From: a virus
DNA: 47,783 nucleotides
Strand: one strand, 5' to 3'
Virus record (IMG/VR): IMGVR_UViG_3300001201_000001
Coordinates: 1-47,783 of that record
A program made the translations under genes and the position numbers. The notes below the pieces were generated by a model. That model did no database searches and had not been told where the DNA came from. It saw nothing but the letters and a program-made list of their open reading frames with translations. Position 1 is the first letter of the stretch; each line of letters opens with the position of its first letter. Shown here piece by piece: positions 34,541 through 43,909 of the stretch.

Positions 34541-35509
34541 TTATTGGATTGGAAGATCACCGACCGAGTTCTCGGCGTAGATCGCGTCGAACTTGTCCTG
34601 GTAGTCTTTGTGGTTGGTGGCTATGCCTTGGTCCCGAAGATGCGCGTCGATGGCTTTGTTGGCTTCGACCCGTGTGGTCGCGTTCAACGTTAGCACACCT
34701 CCGCCGGATCCGCCGCCGCCTTGGTTGCCGGTTGCGGGGGCTTTGGTTCCTCCGCCCGGCTGTTTCTCGGCTGTTTGCCAAAGGTCCGCCATCACCTGAC
34801 CGGCAAGGTCTTCGACCGTCATCGGGTTGTTCAGGTTGTTCGGGTTGTTGACGACGTGGCCATTCGCGTCGATCAATCGGAGGACTTCTTTGGTTCCGGT
34901 AGCCGTGGCGACGGTTTCGATGCGTCGGCCGTACTTTGCAAGCGCGTTGGCCATCCGGGTTTCGGCCAGTTCGTTGTAGACCTTTTCGTCCAGTCCGTTC
35001 TTCCGTTGCTTACCGCTGGCGGCGGATCGCCATTGGTTGCCGAATTGCAGACCGGTAAAGGTTTCGTCCTTAGCCTTCAGCGCTTCCCCATGTGCGGTTT
35101 CCTTTTCCGTCAGTTGGGTTTGAAGCTGACCGACACGGTTCTCCGCGTCCGCCAGCTTGCGCTCTACTTCGGCCAAGGCGTTACGGCTGGCGCTGTCGCC
35201 ACCTTTGGCTAGTTCCTTAGTCAGTCGGTCCACTTCGGCCTGTAGTGTCGCGGTTTGGGCTTCCCCGCCGGTCTTGGCGGCTAGTTCCTTGGTTACGCGG
35301 GCAACGTAGTCGTAGTATTTCTCGCCCTGGTTCTTGTCGATCCCGGACGCGGCTTTAACGGATTCCTCTATCCGTCCGGCAGTTTCACCGATTCGTTGCG
35401 CGATGACGGCGTTTTCGTCGTTGCGGGAAAGTGTCTCGAGGGCGCTGACTTGTTCGTCGGTCAACGTGGCCAGGATTCCCTGGGCTTTGATTACGGCTGC
35501 GGTTAGCAT
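34541..35509 (-). CDS. scaffolding protein
   Basis: 322 aa, predominantly helical/coiled-coil, A/E/K/Q/L-rich, immediately upstream of the capsid gene. Confidence 0.55.
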   Translation of the reverse strand: MLTAAVIKAQGILATLTDEQVSALETLSRNDENAVIAQRIGETAGRIEESVKAASGIDKNQGEKYYDYVARVTKELAAKTGGEAQTATLQAEVDRLTKELAKGGDSASRNALAEVERKLADAENRVGQLQTQLTEKETAHGEALKAKDETFTGLQFGNQWRSAASGKQRKNGLDEKVYNELAETRMANALAKYGRRIETVATATGTKEVLRLIDANGHVVNNPNNLNNPMTVEDLAGQVMADLWQTAEKQPGGGTKAPATGNQGGGGSGGGVLTLNATTRVEANKAIDAHLRDQGIATNHKDYQDKFDAIYAENSVGDLPIQ

Positions 35510-35560
35510 AGCTGTTTAATTGTGGGGGGTTGTGATAGGAATGTGGCCTCCGTTTCCGGT

Positions 35561-36070
35561 TTAGCCTTGGATTTTTCGGAACTTCATCACCCGCTTCCGG
35601 GCCAGCTTCGTCTTCTCGTCGTAGTCATCGAAGGGGAAGGGTTTCAGTCCCGGGGCCAAGTGATCCACCGTAAGAACGGTCAGGCCGGTCCCTTTGTGGT
35701 TCTTGATGAATTGCGGCCAGCTTCGGCGGTTGACCGTGTGGGTGAACGGCTTACCCATCGGTTCACCGGTTTCTGTGTCGAAGGTGATGGCCTCAACCGT
35801 CAGGCGGCTGTATTCTTTGTCGATGGCGGAAACTTCCGGCTCCTTCGGATCATCTTCCGTCTTCGGCGCGGCGGGTTCCTTCGGCGCGACGGGGATCGCT
35901 TTAAAGGCGGCGATGATGTCCTCCTCGTCATCCGGGTAAAGACTTAGGAGGTCACCTTTGACCGTTGCCGACGTAACCCCGAGGGTTTCATCGGTTAGGA
36001 TTTCGGCGAAGGTCTTGCCGCCGTTTTCGTACTTCTCTTTGATAGCGTCGAGGCGCTCTTGCTTTTTCAT
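35561..36070 (-). CDS. hypothetical protein (head module)
   Basis: 169-aa ORF between the portal and scaffold genes. Confidence 0.65.
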   Translation of the reverse strand: MKKQERLDAIKEKYENGGKTFAEILTDETLGVTSATVKGDLLSLYPDDEEDIIAAFKAIPVAPKEPAAPKTEDDPKEPEVSAIDKEYSRLTVEAITFDTETGEPMGKPFTHTVNRRSWPQFIKNHKGTGLTVLTVDHLAPGLKPFPFDDYDEKTKLARKRVMKFRKIQG

Positions 36071-36088
36071 TGGTAAGCGGTTGAATGA

Positions 36089-38104
36089 TTAAAAGTTTTC
36101 GCCTTCCGGTGGTGGTCCCGGGGGCGCTGGTTCTGTTTCGGATTGCAAGGTGATCGGCTTCCGCACCCCGCCAGTTTCGGACCAATCGCCGGACACTTCC
36201 GTCCCAGCGGGTGGAAGACCTAACGCCTGGCGGAAACTGTTCTCGTCGGCCTGTTGAGGTGTGATGGCCCCGGCGCGAACGGCCACACCGTAAGCATCAA
36301 CGCGGGCCTTTGTTTTGACTTCTTCGGAAACGTCAACGTCACCACCTTCACCGTCAGGATCCGGCTCGGCTTCCACTTCCGGCATCACTTCCATCGCGTA
36401 CCCCTTCAGGGATTCGTAGACGGCACGAACGCGGGCGGAAAATTCCAAGGCCAGCCCGAAGGTTGTGACGGGTCCGTTTTCACGTTCAAACCTGGCTAGC
36501 AACGAGGAGAAGTTGGCTTTGATGGAATAGTCGATCAAGGACAACGCGCCGTCGTCCTTTAGTTCTTTGGCCTGGTCCGTTGATAGGTGTCGGCATGGTT
36601 CCAAGTTGACCAGGAACCGCATCCGCTCCAACATTTCGGAATCATGCCGGTACTTCGTGTCGATGAACTGGTCCTCGAGGGTGTCCAAGACGTAGGCGCT
36701 GGCGTTCTTTTCCCGGGCGGCGTGGTAGGCTTCGAGTAGCATTTCCGCCGTGACGATGTAGTACTGGGTGCCGTAGTTCGTGACAAATTCGGCGATGGCA
36801 TCAACGCCGTAACGAAGGCGGGCAATCGTAGACTCGAGCCAGTTTTGCGGATGTTCGAGGTTAGGCTTCAAAGTCATCAGCGCGGTCGTCCCCGCTTCAA
36901 ATAGCGACTGCACCTGTTTCTCGTTGATCGGCTGGCCGTCCTTGGATTCCATGCTGTTCCCGGTGATGGCCATAAATATCCGCTGGGCGGTCTGTTGATT
37001 GTCTTCGCTGTTGAACTTCAACAGGTCAACGCCCGGCTCGATCAAAGCGGCGGGGTTCCGAAGGTCCGCCATTTCGTTATCACCGCTGGGGGGATCGACC
37101 AAGATGGTCGTACCTGGCCCGGCAAATTCGCCGGGGTTGGAACACTTCGGACACTTCACCATCCCCCCAGTCCGGGGGTTCACCAAGCCGTCGTTGCTGT
37201 TCATGTCCCGCATGATACCCATGTGGCAATATGCCTCCCGGTCGATGTCCTGGTGGTTGCAGTTGGACTTGTAACCAGTCCACACCGGGTAACCCGCGTA
37301 CATCTTGTGGTGCCGCGCAAATACGACATCTTTCAACAAGTGATCAAGTTCGCCCAGTTGAATCGACACGGGGCTGCGGCGTTCAAATCCGTCACCATTC
37401 AGGGACGTTTGCCAAAAGTGCTGGACCGGACAATATCCGAGGTCGTGTTCGTTGGCGGTGATGACATCCCCCACCATGCCGGTCTTGGCATCTAAGGAAT
37501 AAACCGCGTACTCATCAACGTCATAAACGGCGAGGGTCCGCTTTTCATCATCACCATAAAAGGCGACCCAGTTGAATACGCCATCAACTTCATCGAAGTC
37601 AACGACACGATCAACCGGAAGAAAATAGTAGTAAGGCTCCGGCCGTTCGGTCACCTGTTCCGCCGGAAGGTCCACAACGATCAACGAATTAAACGCCGTC
37701 CGCATCGCCTGGGCGCTTTGCTTCCGCCATTTCTGTCCGCCGCCGATGGTGTTCCAGTATTCTTGGTAATCGGCCTCGAGGCTTTCGTTGGTGAACTCCC
37801 GACGGATGACGGGGTCGCGGCCGTCGTAGACCTTTTCCAAGGCGGAAAATATCTCGTCGGTCAGGGAAACGGTCGGGACGGGGACACGAAGCAAAGCGCA
37901 GAACTTTCTGAACTTGGCCTCGGTCGGCAAGATGGAAGCGATAAAATCAAGAAAAGACCCCGGCACCTTGTGGTGTGGAGTCTGTATCACATCAACGCGG
38001 GTGTGAAGCCCGACGCGGCGCTGGTGTTCAGCTGCCCGCTTGATCTTCGTCCGGTTCTTCCCCCCGGACACGATCTCCTTGATTTGTTGCGGCGTTCTTG
38101 GCAT
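36089..38104 (-). CDS. portal protein
   Basis: 671 aa; size and position downstream of the terminase and upstream of scaffold/capsid; acidic, Pro-rich C-terminus. Confidence 0.6.
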   Translation of the reverse strand: MPRTPQQIKEIVSGGKNRTKIKRAAEHQRRVGLHTRVDVIQTPHHKVPGSFLDFIASILPTEAKFRKFCALLRVPVPTVSLTDEIFSALEKVYDGRDPVIRREFTNESLEADYQEYWNTIGGGQKWRKQSAQAMRTAFNSLIVVDLPAEQVTERPEPYYYFLPVDRVVDFDEVDGVFNWVAFYGDDEKRTLAVYDVDEYAVYSLDAKTGMVGDVITANEHDLGYCPVQHFWQTSLNGDGFERRSPVSIQLGELDHLLKDVVFARHHKMYAGYPVWTGYKSNCNHQDIDREAYCHMGIMRDMNSNDGLVNPRTGGMVKCPKCSNPGEFAGPGTTILVDPPSGDNEMADLRNPAALIEPGVDLLKFNSEDNQQTAQRIFMAITGNSMESKDGQPINEKQVQSLFEAGTTALMTLKPNLEHPQNWLESTIARLRYGVDAIAEFVTNYGTQYYIVTAEMLLEAYHAAREKNASAYVLDTLEDQFIDTKYRHDSEMLERMRFLVNLEPCRHLSTDQAKELKDDGALSLIDYSIKANFSSLLARFERENGPVTTFGLALEFSARVRAVYESLKGYAMEVMPEVEAEPDPDGEGGDVDVSEEVKTKARVDAYGVAVRAGAITPQQADENSFRQALGLPPAGTEVSGDWSETGGVRKPITLQSETEPAPPGPPPEGENF

Positions 38105-38257
38105 CGTCTGTTTTGGCTTCCGTTGATTTGGATGAACGCGCCCGCGTCTTGGCTTTCAATTTCCAGCCCCCGTTGTTCCGCATCGAAATGATGCGACGGG
38201 CGTGGTCTTCGTCCAAGACGCGGTCGGCGTACATCGGGTGAACTATCGTAAGTTTCA

Positions 38258-38902
38258 CTAAGCGACGGGGTTGGCCAGGTCCGCGAAGGCGTTGAAGTCA
38301 GCGGGCTTGACGATGATGAACTTATCGGACCAGTCCTCGAGGTAGGTCCAGTTGACGGGGTTGTAGTCAACGCCTTCCAAACCGCCGAACACCTTATCAC
38401 CGACGCGGAAACCGTAGGCCGGGATCGGGTAGTATTCGGTAGGGTTGGCGGGGTCGTCACAAAGACAGCCGATGTTGCCGCTTTTGTCGATGAGGTAGTG
38501 TCCCATCTTTTCGCACGTCCACCCCTTCAGTTGCGCGATGGTGTCCTGCTTTTGTTGCAAGAACTTACCGGACCAAGGTGAAGGCTCGGAACCAAGGGGG
38601 ATCGGGATCCCGCCCAGGGTCAGGTTACCACCACCGTATTCACGGGCGGCACCGGCTTCGTTTTCCGGTTCTTGGATGAGGGGGGTCATGACGATTTTGG
38701 AACCATCGGCAGCGGCCAGGAGCGGAGTCCAAGATGCCAATGCGGTGATCGGCGTGGCGGCTACAAATTTATTTTTGGTTCCGTCGGCCTGTTGTAGCCG
38801 TTGCCCGGCGATTTTGGCCAGTTGATCCATCTGCTCGATGCAGTCGTGAATCGTTACGTCATTGAGGGCCGCGCTTGGCGGACAGTCGCAAATTCTACCC
38901 AT
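38258..38902 (-). CDS. hypothetical protein (between terminase and portal)
   Basis: 214-aa ORF with its own AT-rich upstream region. Confidence 0.65.
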   Translation of the reverse strand: MGRICDCPPSAALNDVTIHDCIEQMDQLAKIAGQRLQQADGTKNKFVAATPITALASWTPLLAAADGSKIVMTPLIQEPENEAGAAREYGGGNLTLGGIPIPLGSEPSPWSGKFLQQKQDTIAQLKGWTCEKMGHYLIDKSGNIGCLCDDPANPTEYYPIPAYGFRVGDKVFGGLEGVDYNPVNWTYLEDWSDKFIIVKPADFNAFADLANPVA

Positions 38903-38956
38903 TGTCTAGGATAATTTTCGCGGCCTTGCCTTTCGAGCCACTGTTTATGATGATTG

Positions 38957-38964
38957 CAAATATA
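38957..38964 (-). promoter_or_regulatory. Bacteroidota-type -7 promoter element candidate (TATATTTG = TAnnTTTG)
   Basis: CAAATATA on + strand, in the AT-rich 99-nt gap between terL and the 38902 gene; no clear TTTG -33 box. Confidence 0.3.
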
Positions 38965-39001
38965 ACAACGAATTAGGGAATTTATTGGACGGGTCATAAT
39001 T

Positions 39002-40453
39002 CTAGTTGTAAACCCCGGCCTGTTGACGGTCGAAATGATGATAACAAGCGTACCCCGTCAGGTCAATATATTCATCATGTGCGGCCTTTGGATATCCGCA
39101 CATTTGGGACAGATACCGCTCGTTCCAAGTCCCCCGAACCAGCACAACCTTACCCGCGTGAATCTTCGGCGCGGCCACCGTTGCCCGTCCCTCCTTGCCG
39201 GACGCGACCATTCGGCCCTTGATTTCGACCGGGGAAAGTGTCCGGCTTTTTGCTTTCATCAGTTGCCTCATCGACTTACCGGATGCCTTCGGCTCGTACC
39301 TGACGCGGGACCGGGGGCCGAGTCCGTGTAGCTTGGCAATTTCAACGGTTCGGTCAAGGCATTCGGTAATTTCCATATAAGCATCGGTGGCCAGCGCGAT
39401 GTATAGCGTGTTGGTCATAGGCGAATAACCAGCCACCAGGAACCCGGTCGGGTCGTTCTTCGTGTTTTCGGTGTAGGCACCATCTACCCACAAATCCCAC
39501 ACCACCGACGCGGGGACTTCTTTGGCTTCGCAAAATTGGAACCATGCCCGCTTGATTTTATTACCCTCGGGCGATGTCGGGTTTTGCTGTTGTAGGCTTT
39601 CAAACATCGACGCATCCAACCGGCGGAAGGCTTCCAACTTGGCGAGGTTGTGTTTGACCGGCCACAACGCCTCGCCCGTCTCCCGGGGGTCGTCCGGGTG
39701 GGTGTAGTGTGGCTCCTTGATGGCGGCAAACTTCACGACTTCCCACTCGTCCGGCTCCCGTTCCAACAACCGCCCGGCCAAGTCGTCTTCGTGCCATCGG
39801 GTCATAATGAGAATCACCTTGGAATCATTATGCAGACGGGTTTGGATGACCGACGTGTACCAATTCCAAATGACCTCCCGCGTCCGTGGGCTTTCCGCTT
39901 CGATGTAATCCTTGATCGGGTCGTCAATGATGGCCAGGTCTACCGAACGACCGGATAAGCCACCGCGAACACCTACGGACTTCACGCCGCCGTTTTGCTG
40001 GTTCTTGAATTCCTTGGTTTTACCCTTGATCGTGGTCCCGGGGAAGACGGCCTGAAAGTCTACCGTTTCCGCCATGTCCTTCACCCGACCGGCAAAGCTG
40101 TCGGCAAGGTCGGCCGAATAGGACGCGATGACCGTTTTCCACGTCGGGTACTTACCAAGACAGAACGCCGGGGTCATCACCGAGGCCAGTTCACTTTTAC
40201 CGTGTTGCGGCGGAACGAACAGCATCATCTTCTTACGATTGGGATCGGCAAGGAATCCCTGGATGGTGTTCGCTATCGCTTCGTGGTGCCAGTTGGCCCG
40301 GTACTTTTTGTTGTTGTATTCGGCGAAGGCCAGGAGGTTACCCCGGTTCGCTTTTCGCCGTAGCTGTTCCCGCTTCAGTCGTAGCTTCCGACGTAGTACA
40401 TCACTCCCCCGGTCCTTCCGTTCTACTTTCTCCGCCGCTTCCTTTCGCTGCAT
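39002..40453 (-). CDS. terL: terminase large subunit
   Basis: 483 aa; Walker A-like PPQHGKSE, Walker B-like VDLAIIDDP, MTRWHEDDL motif, C-terminal nuclease-sized domain. Confidence 0.9.
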   Translation of the reverse strand: MQRKEAAEKVERKDRGSDVLRRKLRLKREQLRRKANRGNLLAFAEYNNKKYRANWHHEAIANTIQGFLADPNRKKMMLFVPPQHGKSELASVMTPAFCLGKYPTWKTVIASYSADLADSFAGRVKDMAETVDFQAVFPGTTIKGKTKEFKNQQNGGVKSVGVRGGLSGRSVDLAIIDDPIKDYIEAESPRTREVIWNWYTSVIQTRLHNDSKVILIMTRWHEDDLAGRLLEREPDEWEVVKFAAIKEPHYTHPDDPRETGEALWPVKHNLAKLEAFRRLDASMFESLQQQNPTSPEGNKIKRAWFQFCEAKEVPASVVWDLWVDGAYTENTKNDPTGFLVAGYSPMTNTLYIALATDAYMEITECLDRTVEIAKLHGLGPRSRVRYEPKASGKSMRQLMKAKSRTLSPVEIKGRMVASGKEGRATVAAPKIHAGKVVLVRGTWNERYLSQMCGYPKAAHDEYIDLTGYACYHHFDRQQAGVYN

Positions 40454-40919
40454 CTTGTTCGGTTTTTAATGTGGTGGACTGGTCCAAGCGTTCCAACTCT
40501 TCCACGATTTCCGCGTCCGTGAAGTCTTCCAATTCCTTCGCCTTTTCATCGTTGGACCAGGACATCAAGTTAATGGCTTGCGTCGGCCGTCCGTGAACAC
40601 GATCCAACAACGCCTCGAGGGTAGTCATTCGACCAGCGGAAATATCTGACCGGATCGCGCTGGCCACCATGACCATCCAAGCCGGGGCGCGAACATCCCC
40701 CGCGATGTCCTTCAACTGTTTCAAAGTCATCTCGAGCATCCGGTTAATGAATTGGACCTTTTCCGCCAGCGGCACCGCTTCACGGATGTCGATATTCATC
40801 TCCGCGCAGAGATTGCGCAGGACGTTTCGCGGCCGTCCGTTTGGGTTGCCACTTTCCCCGGGCTTCCAAACCCAGGGCTCCAAATGATCCGCCCGCGTGT
40901 CCCTACTCTCCTCCGCCAT
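40401..40919 (-). CDS. terminase small subunit candidate
   Basis: 172 aa; WKPGESGNPNGRPRN motif typical of DUF5681-type small terminases; directly upstream of terL with a 53-nt overlap. Confidence 0.55.
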   Translation of the reverse strand: MAEESRDTRADHLEPWVWKPGESGNPNGRPRNVLRNLCAEMNIDIREAVPLAEKVQFINRMLEMTLKQLKDIAGDVRAPAWMVMVASAIRSDISAGRMTTLEALLDRVHGRPTQAINLMSWSNDEKAKELEDFTDAEIVEELERLDQSTTLKTEQDAAKGSGGESRTEGPGE

Positions 40920-42507
40920 CTGTCGCCTGTTTATCGCCTGTTAGTTCCGGCATCGTCCAAGACTGACCGGTGATGTCTTCCCCATTGCGGGTGATCGAAT
41001 ACGGGCGGGCCGTTTCTTCCATGTAGGCAACCCACCGGCAAACGATCACATCGCAATAGTTCGGGGACAATTCAACACCATAACAGTCCCGACCGTTTCG
41101 CTCGGCTGACATCAGCGTTGTCCCGGATCCAAGGAACGGGTCTAACACCGTCCCACCAGGCGGACACGACGAAAGTATTATCCGATCCATCAAAGCCATC
41201 GGCTTCGGGCTGGCGTGGCCATGTCGTTCGTCACCGATGGGAGCGGTGAAGTGCCACACGTCGTTCATGTTGTCGTGGGTGTTGTTGAAGTACCCCCGGG
41301 TGCCATAGAATTCGTGTTTGATGCGGTCGTGTTCCGTCTTGATCGATTGGTATTCACGACCGAAGGCGGCGGTGTCCTTATCGAAGGCACCCGACCCGGC
41401 GGCGGCTTCGCGGAGGGCTTTGTAATGCTTCGCGGGAATGGGGACAAATTGGGACTTGGTGAACCAATGGGAATACATTCCGACCCCGGTGATTTCCTTG
41501 ATCTCTTTCGGACCCCATCCAAGTTTGTCGGCTTGCGCTTTCAAATAGGACCGCACCGGCTCCCAGCCTTCGTAATAGTTGTCGGCGTTGTTGTTGAATC
41601 CTTGGACCCCCATCATAAAAAACAACAGGTGCTCGGTGGCGCGGGCGAATGATCGGGTGTGTTCGCTGTTCTGTCCCTGGCCTACGCCTTTATCCCATGT
41701 GATCCAATTCCGAAACGTGGCCTGGTCGTGTTCCCGTAGTGGTTTGAAGATGTCCTGGTAAAAATCCATAAGCGGCTCCTCGTAGCCGAATACGTAGACG
41801 GAGCCGACATCCGACAACCTTGGACCAGCCAGGCCAAACCAGTCGCGGTTGAATTGCAAGAGGTCGTCTTGGTTTTGGTTGTCGTTCAGGATGCCTTCGC
41901 GTTCTTTCTTTGCCCCGTATGGCGGGTCCGTGGCAAGGAGGTCGATTTCGTCGATGTCCCCGAGTAGATTGTGGAAGACACCAGCGCAAACGCTATCCCC
42001 ACAAATCAAGCGGTGGCCATTCAGGTGATACACGTCTCCTTCCTTGGTGATCGCTTCCGCCTTGACTTCGGGCGCGACGCTTTCCGCCTTCGGCGCGTTG
42101 TCATCCGGCCAGTCGAGCGCGATGTCCCATCCTTCCAAATCTATCGGGTCGAAGTCTTTGACCAGGTTAGCCCCGTTCCAGTTGAGGTTCATCGCAGCCG
42201 TGGCGTTATCGGCCAGCGCCCCCACTTTGAAGCGCGGGTCTTCCGGTCCTTCGATGTCATCCCTGACCACCACCACGTACTCGTCGCCCTTGGTGTGAAC
42301 GTATCGGATCGGCGCGTCGCGGGCTTCCGCCTCTTGGAGGGATTTGTTCCCGGCAATCATCGTCCCGTCAGCGGCGGCAACACCGGAGCGCAAGTAGCCG
42401 ACTTCATCCATCGTTTCGCCAATCTTGGCGTTTCCTTTGGCGGTCCCGGCGTTGTAGTTGTTGGGGTCTTGCTTGAGTTTGGGGTCGGTCTTTTTAGTCT
42501 TAGCCAT
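40903..42507 (-). CDS. DNA methyltransferase, beta-class N6A/N4C, with an N-terminal extension of about 200 aa (possibly a degenerate ParB-like domain)
   Basis: TDPPYG (motif IV) precedes DPFLGSGTT (motif I). The N-terminal segment MIAGNKSLQEA resembles the ParB GxxR region. No restriction enzyme nearby. Confidence 0.8.
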   Translation of the reverse strand: MAKTKKTDPKLKQDPNNYNAGTAKGNAKIGETMDEVGYLRSGVAAADGTMIAGNKSLQEAEARDAPIRYVHTKGDEYVVVVRDDIEGPEDPRFKVGALADNATAAMNLNWNGANLVKDFDPIDLEGWDIALDWPDDNAPKAESVAPEVKAEAITKEGDVYHLNGHRLICGDSVCAGVFHNLLGDIDEIDLLATDPPYGAKKEREGILNDNQNQDDLLQFNRDWFGLAGPRLSDVGSVYVFGYEEPLMDFYQDIFKPLREHDQATFRNWITWDKGVGQGQNSEHTRSFARATEHLLFFMMGVQGFNNNADNYYEGWEPVRSYLKAQADKLGWGPKEIKEITGVGMYSHWFTKSQFVPIPAKHYKALREAAAGSGAFDKDTAAFGREYQSIKTEHDRIKHEFYGTRGYFNNTHDNMNDVWHFTAPIGDERHGHASPKPMALMDRIILSSCPPGGTVLDPFLGSGTTLMSAERNGRDCYGVELSPNYCDVIVCRWVAYMEETARPYSITRNGEDITGQSWTMPELTGDKQATDGGGE

Positions 42508-42513
42508 CGTGGT

Positions 42514-42855
42514 CTAGTTTGGGTTTCCGTGGTGAATCTTTTGAACGATGCCGATTTTCTTGGTGAAGTTGAAGAACTCCGGACGGGCTACCAACGGCGG
42601 GCGGGCGCTGGTCCACATCACACACTTCGAATCGGCTCGAATCATTACCGTCGGATCGACCTCTTTGGCATATTCCGTAATCATTTGAAAAGCCTGACGC
42701 GCTTGGACTGTTCCCCGTGGAACCATCACCAGGACAGTCCACTCCTTCGTGTCCGTCGTTTTCTTGATGAGGTCTTGGTCGTCCGGTCTTAATTTAGTGC
42801 CGTCAGCAAAGTCGAATTTGTTACCGAACAAGTCGGTTAAGGTGGCGAGGGCCAT
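42514..42855 (-). CDS. hypothetical protein
   Basis: 113-aa ORF. Confidence 0.65.
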   Translation of the reverse strand: MALATLTDLFGNKFDFADGTKLRPDDQDLIKKTTDTKEWTVLVMVPRGTVQARQAFQMITEYAKEVDPTVMIRADSKCVMWTSARPPLVARPEFFNFTKKIGIVQKIHHGNPN

Positions 42856-42873
42856 GTGATAGAATTGAAATGG

Positions 42874-43410
42874 TTAAACGTTCAACCCCGGGTAATCTTC
42901 CCGGAGTTCTTGGTCGTGTTGGCCTTCGATGAACATCCGGCGGATGCCGATTAAGCGGCTCAATTTGTAAGGGGAAAGGGTGACAGCGTTGGATTGGTTT
43001 CCACCAAACACCCACACGTCGCCGTTGGCTTCGTCGATCCGGGCCAATACCGCAACGTGGCCACCGCCGCCCCGGGTGAAGATGGCCACGTCACCTGCCA
43101 AGGCTTCGTCAACCTTTACCGGCCGTCCGCTTTTGAGCCAGGACTTCGCCAAGGCCGTCGGCCCTTTATTGGTTTCGGGGTCGATGATAATGCAAGCGTC
43201 AAGACCGACGAGTTGCATGAATATCGAACACCATGCAATCTCGCCATCATCGGAAGCCCAACGGAACACCCCCCGGTTATAACTTCGGATCATCCGGAGA
43301 ATCCATTCATTAGACTTCGGCCCCGCCACTTCGCGGTTACCGGCGTACTTCAAAACGTGAAAACAAAGCGCTTCGTTGGCGGCTTCCAAGCCGTTGAACT
43401 GGTCAGACAT
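42874..43410 (-). CDS. endolysin, CHAP/NlpC-P60-like peptidoglycan hydrolase (TIGR02594-like)
   Basis: 178 aa; IAWCSIFM (Cys), GDVAIF, GGGHVAVL (His) and FGGNQSNAV motifs in the family order. Confidence 0.7.
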   Translation of the reverse strand: MSDQFNGLEAANEALCFHVLKYAGNREVAGPKSNEWILRMIRSYNRGVFRWASDDGEIAWCSIFMQLVGLDACIIIDPETNKGPTALAKSWLKSGRPVKVDEALAGDVAIFTRGGGGHVAVLARIDEANGDVWVFGGNQSNAVTLSPYKLSRLIGIRRMFIEGQHDQELREDYPGLNV

Positions 43411-43639
43411 CAGCGGTAATTATTTGAAGACAGTCGTCGCAAAAGTGGACGATGTCGGGTTTGTCATAACGGGCGGCGGCGTGAACATATTCCGACGTTG
43501 ACCGCGCCCAATTGGTATCGCATCCATTGCACCGCGCCTTGCAGTTCCGGCCGCGCACGACCTGTTGAATAAATTCGGGTACGGTCCGGAGGTTGCGTTG
43601 AATCTTGGCGGGGTTGATGGGAAGGTCTTCGGGCTTCAT
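43403..43639 (-). CDS. Cys-rich small protein (zinc-ribbon-like)
   Basis: 78 aa; CKARCNGC and FCDDC pairs. Confidence 0.6.
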   Translation of the reverse strand: MKPEDLPINPAKIQRNLRTVPEFIQQVVRGRNCKARCNGCDTNWARSTSEYVHAAARYDKPDIVHFCDDCLQIITADV

Positions 43640-43869
43640 CGGGAAGGGAAGAACTTGACGATGATGGTGATGACGTGGCTAATGTCAGACAACAACCGGC
43701 CAATGTTTCGGACCAGCGGGCGCGGGTAAGCATCGCGGAACGACCGCCGCCATTTGCGCGTTGTCCTCCGGTCGAGCGTTTCCCAATCGGGTCCGGTAGG
43801 ACGCTCCCTTTTGTAGTATTCTTGCCAGTTCTTCGGTGGCTCGAGGTCTTTACTTTGTCGATCTTCCAT
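43636..43869 (-). CDS. hypothetical protein with a hydrophobic C-terminus
   Basis: Start set at ATG 43869 because the ORF-track start 43899 lies inside the terminator stem. 77 aa. Confidence 0.6.
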   Translation of the reverse strand: MEDRQSKDLEPPKNWQEYYKRERPTGPDWETLDRRTTRKWRRSFRDAYPRPLVRNIGRLLSDISHVITIIVKFFPSR

Positions 43870-43871
43870 GC

Positions 43872-43909
43872 CCAAAGATAAAGAAGCCGCGCCAGTCACC
43901 CGGCGCGGC
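43872..43909 (-). terminator. rho-independent terminator closing the RNA locus
   Basis: 8-bp stem GCCGCGCC/GGCGCGGC (43886-43893/43902-43909), followed by TTCTTTATCTTT on the coding strand. Confidence 0.75.

Noticed and set aside
38028-38258. 76-codon GTG-initiated ORF overlapping the portal gene start by 77 nt
   Set aside because: It has a tidy TAGTG junction with the upstream stop, but its C-terminal third is an out-of-frame overlap with the portal N-terminus and it has no recognisable features. It may be real, but the sequence alone cannot support it.
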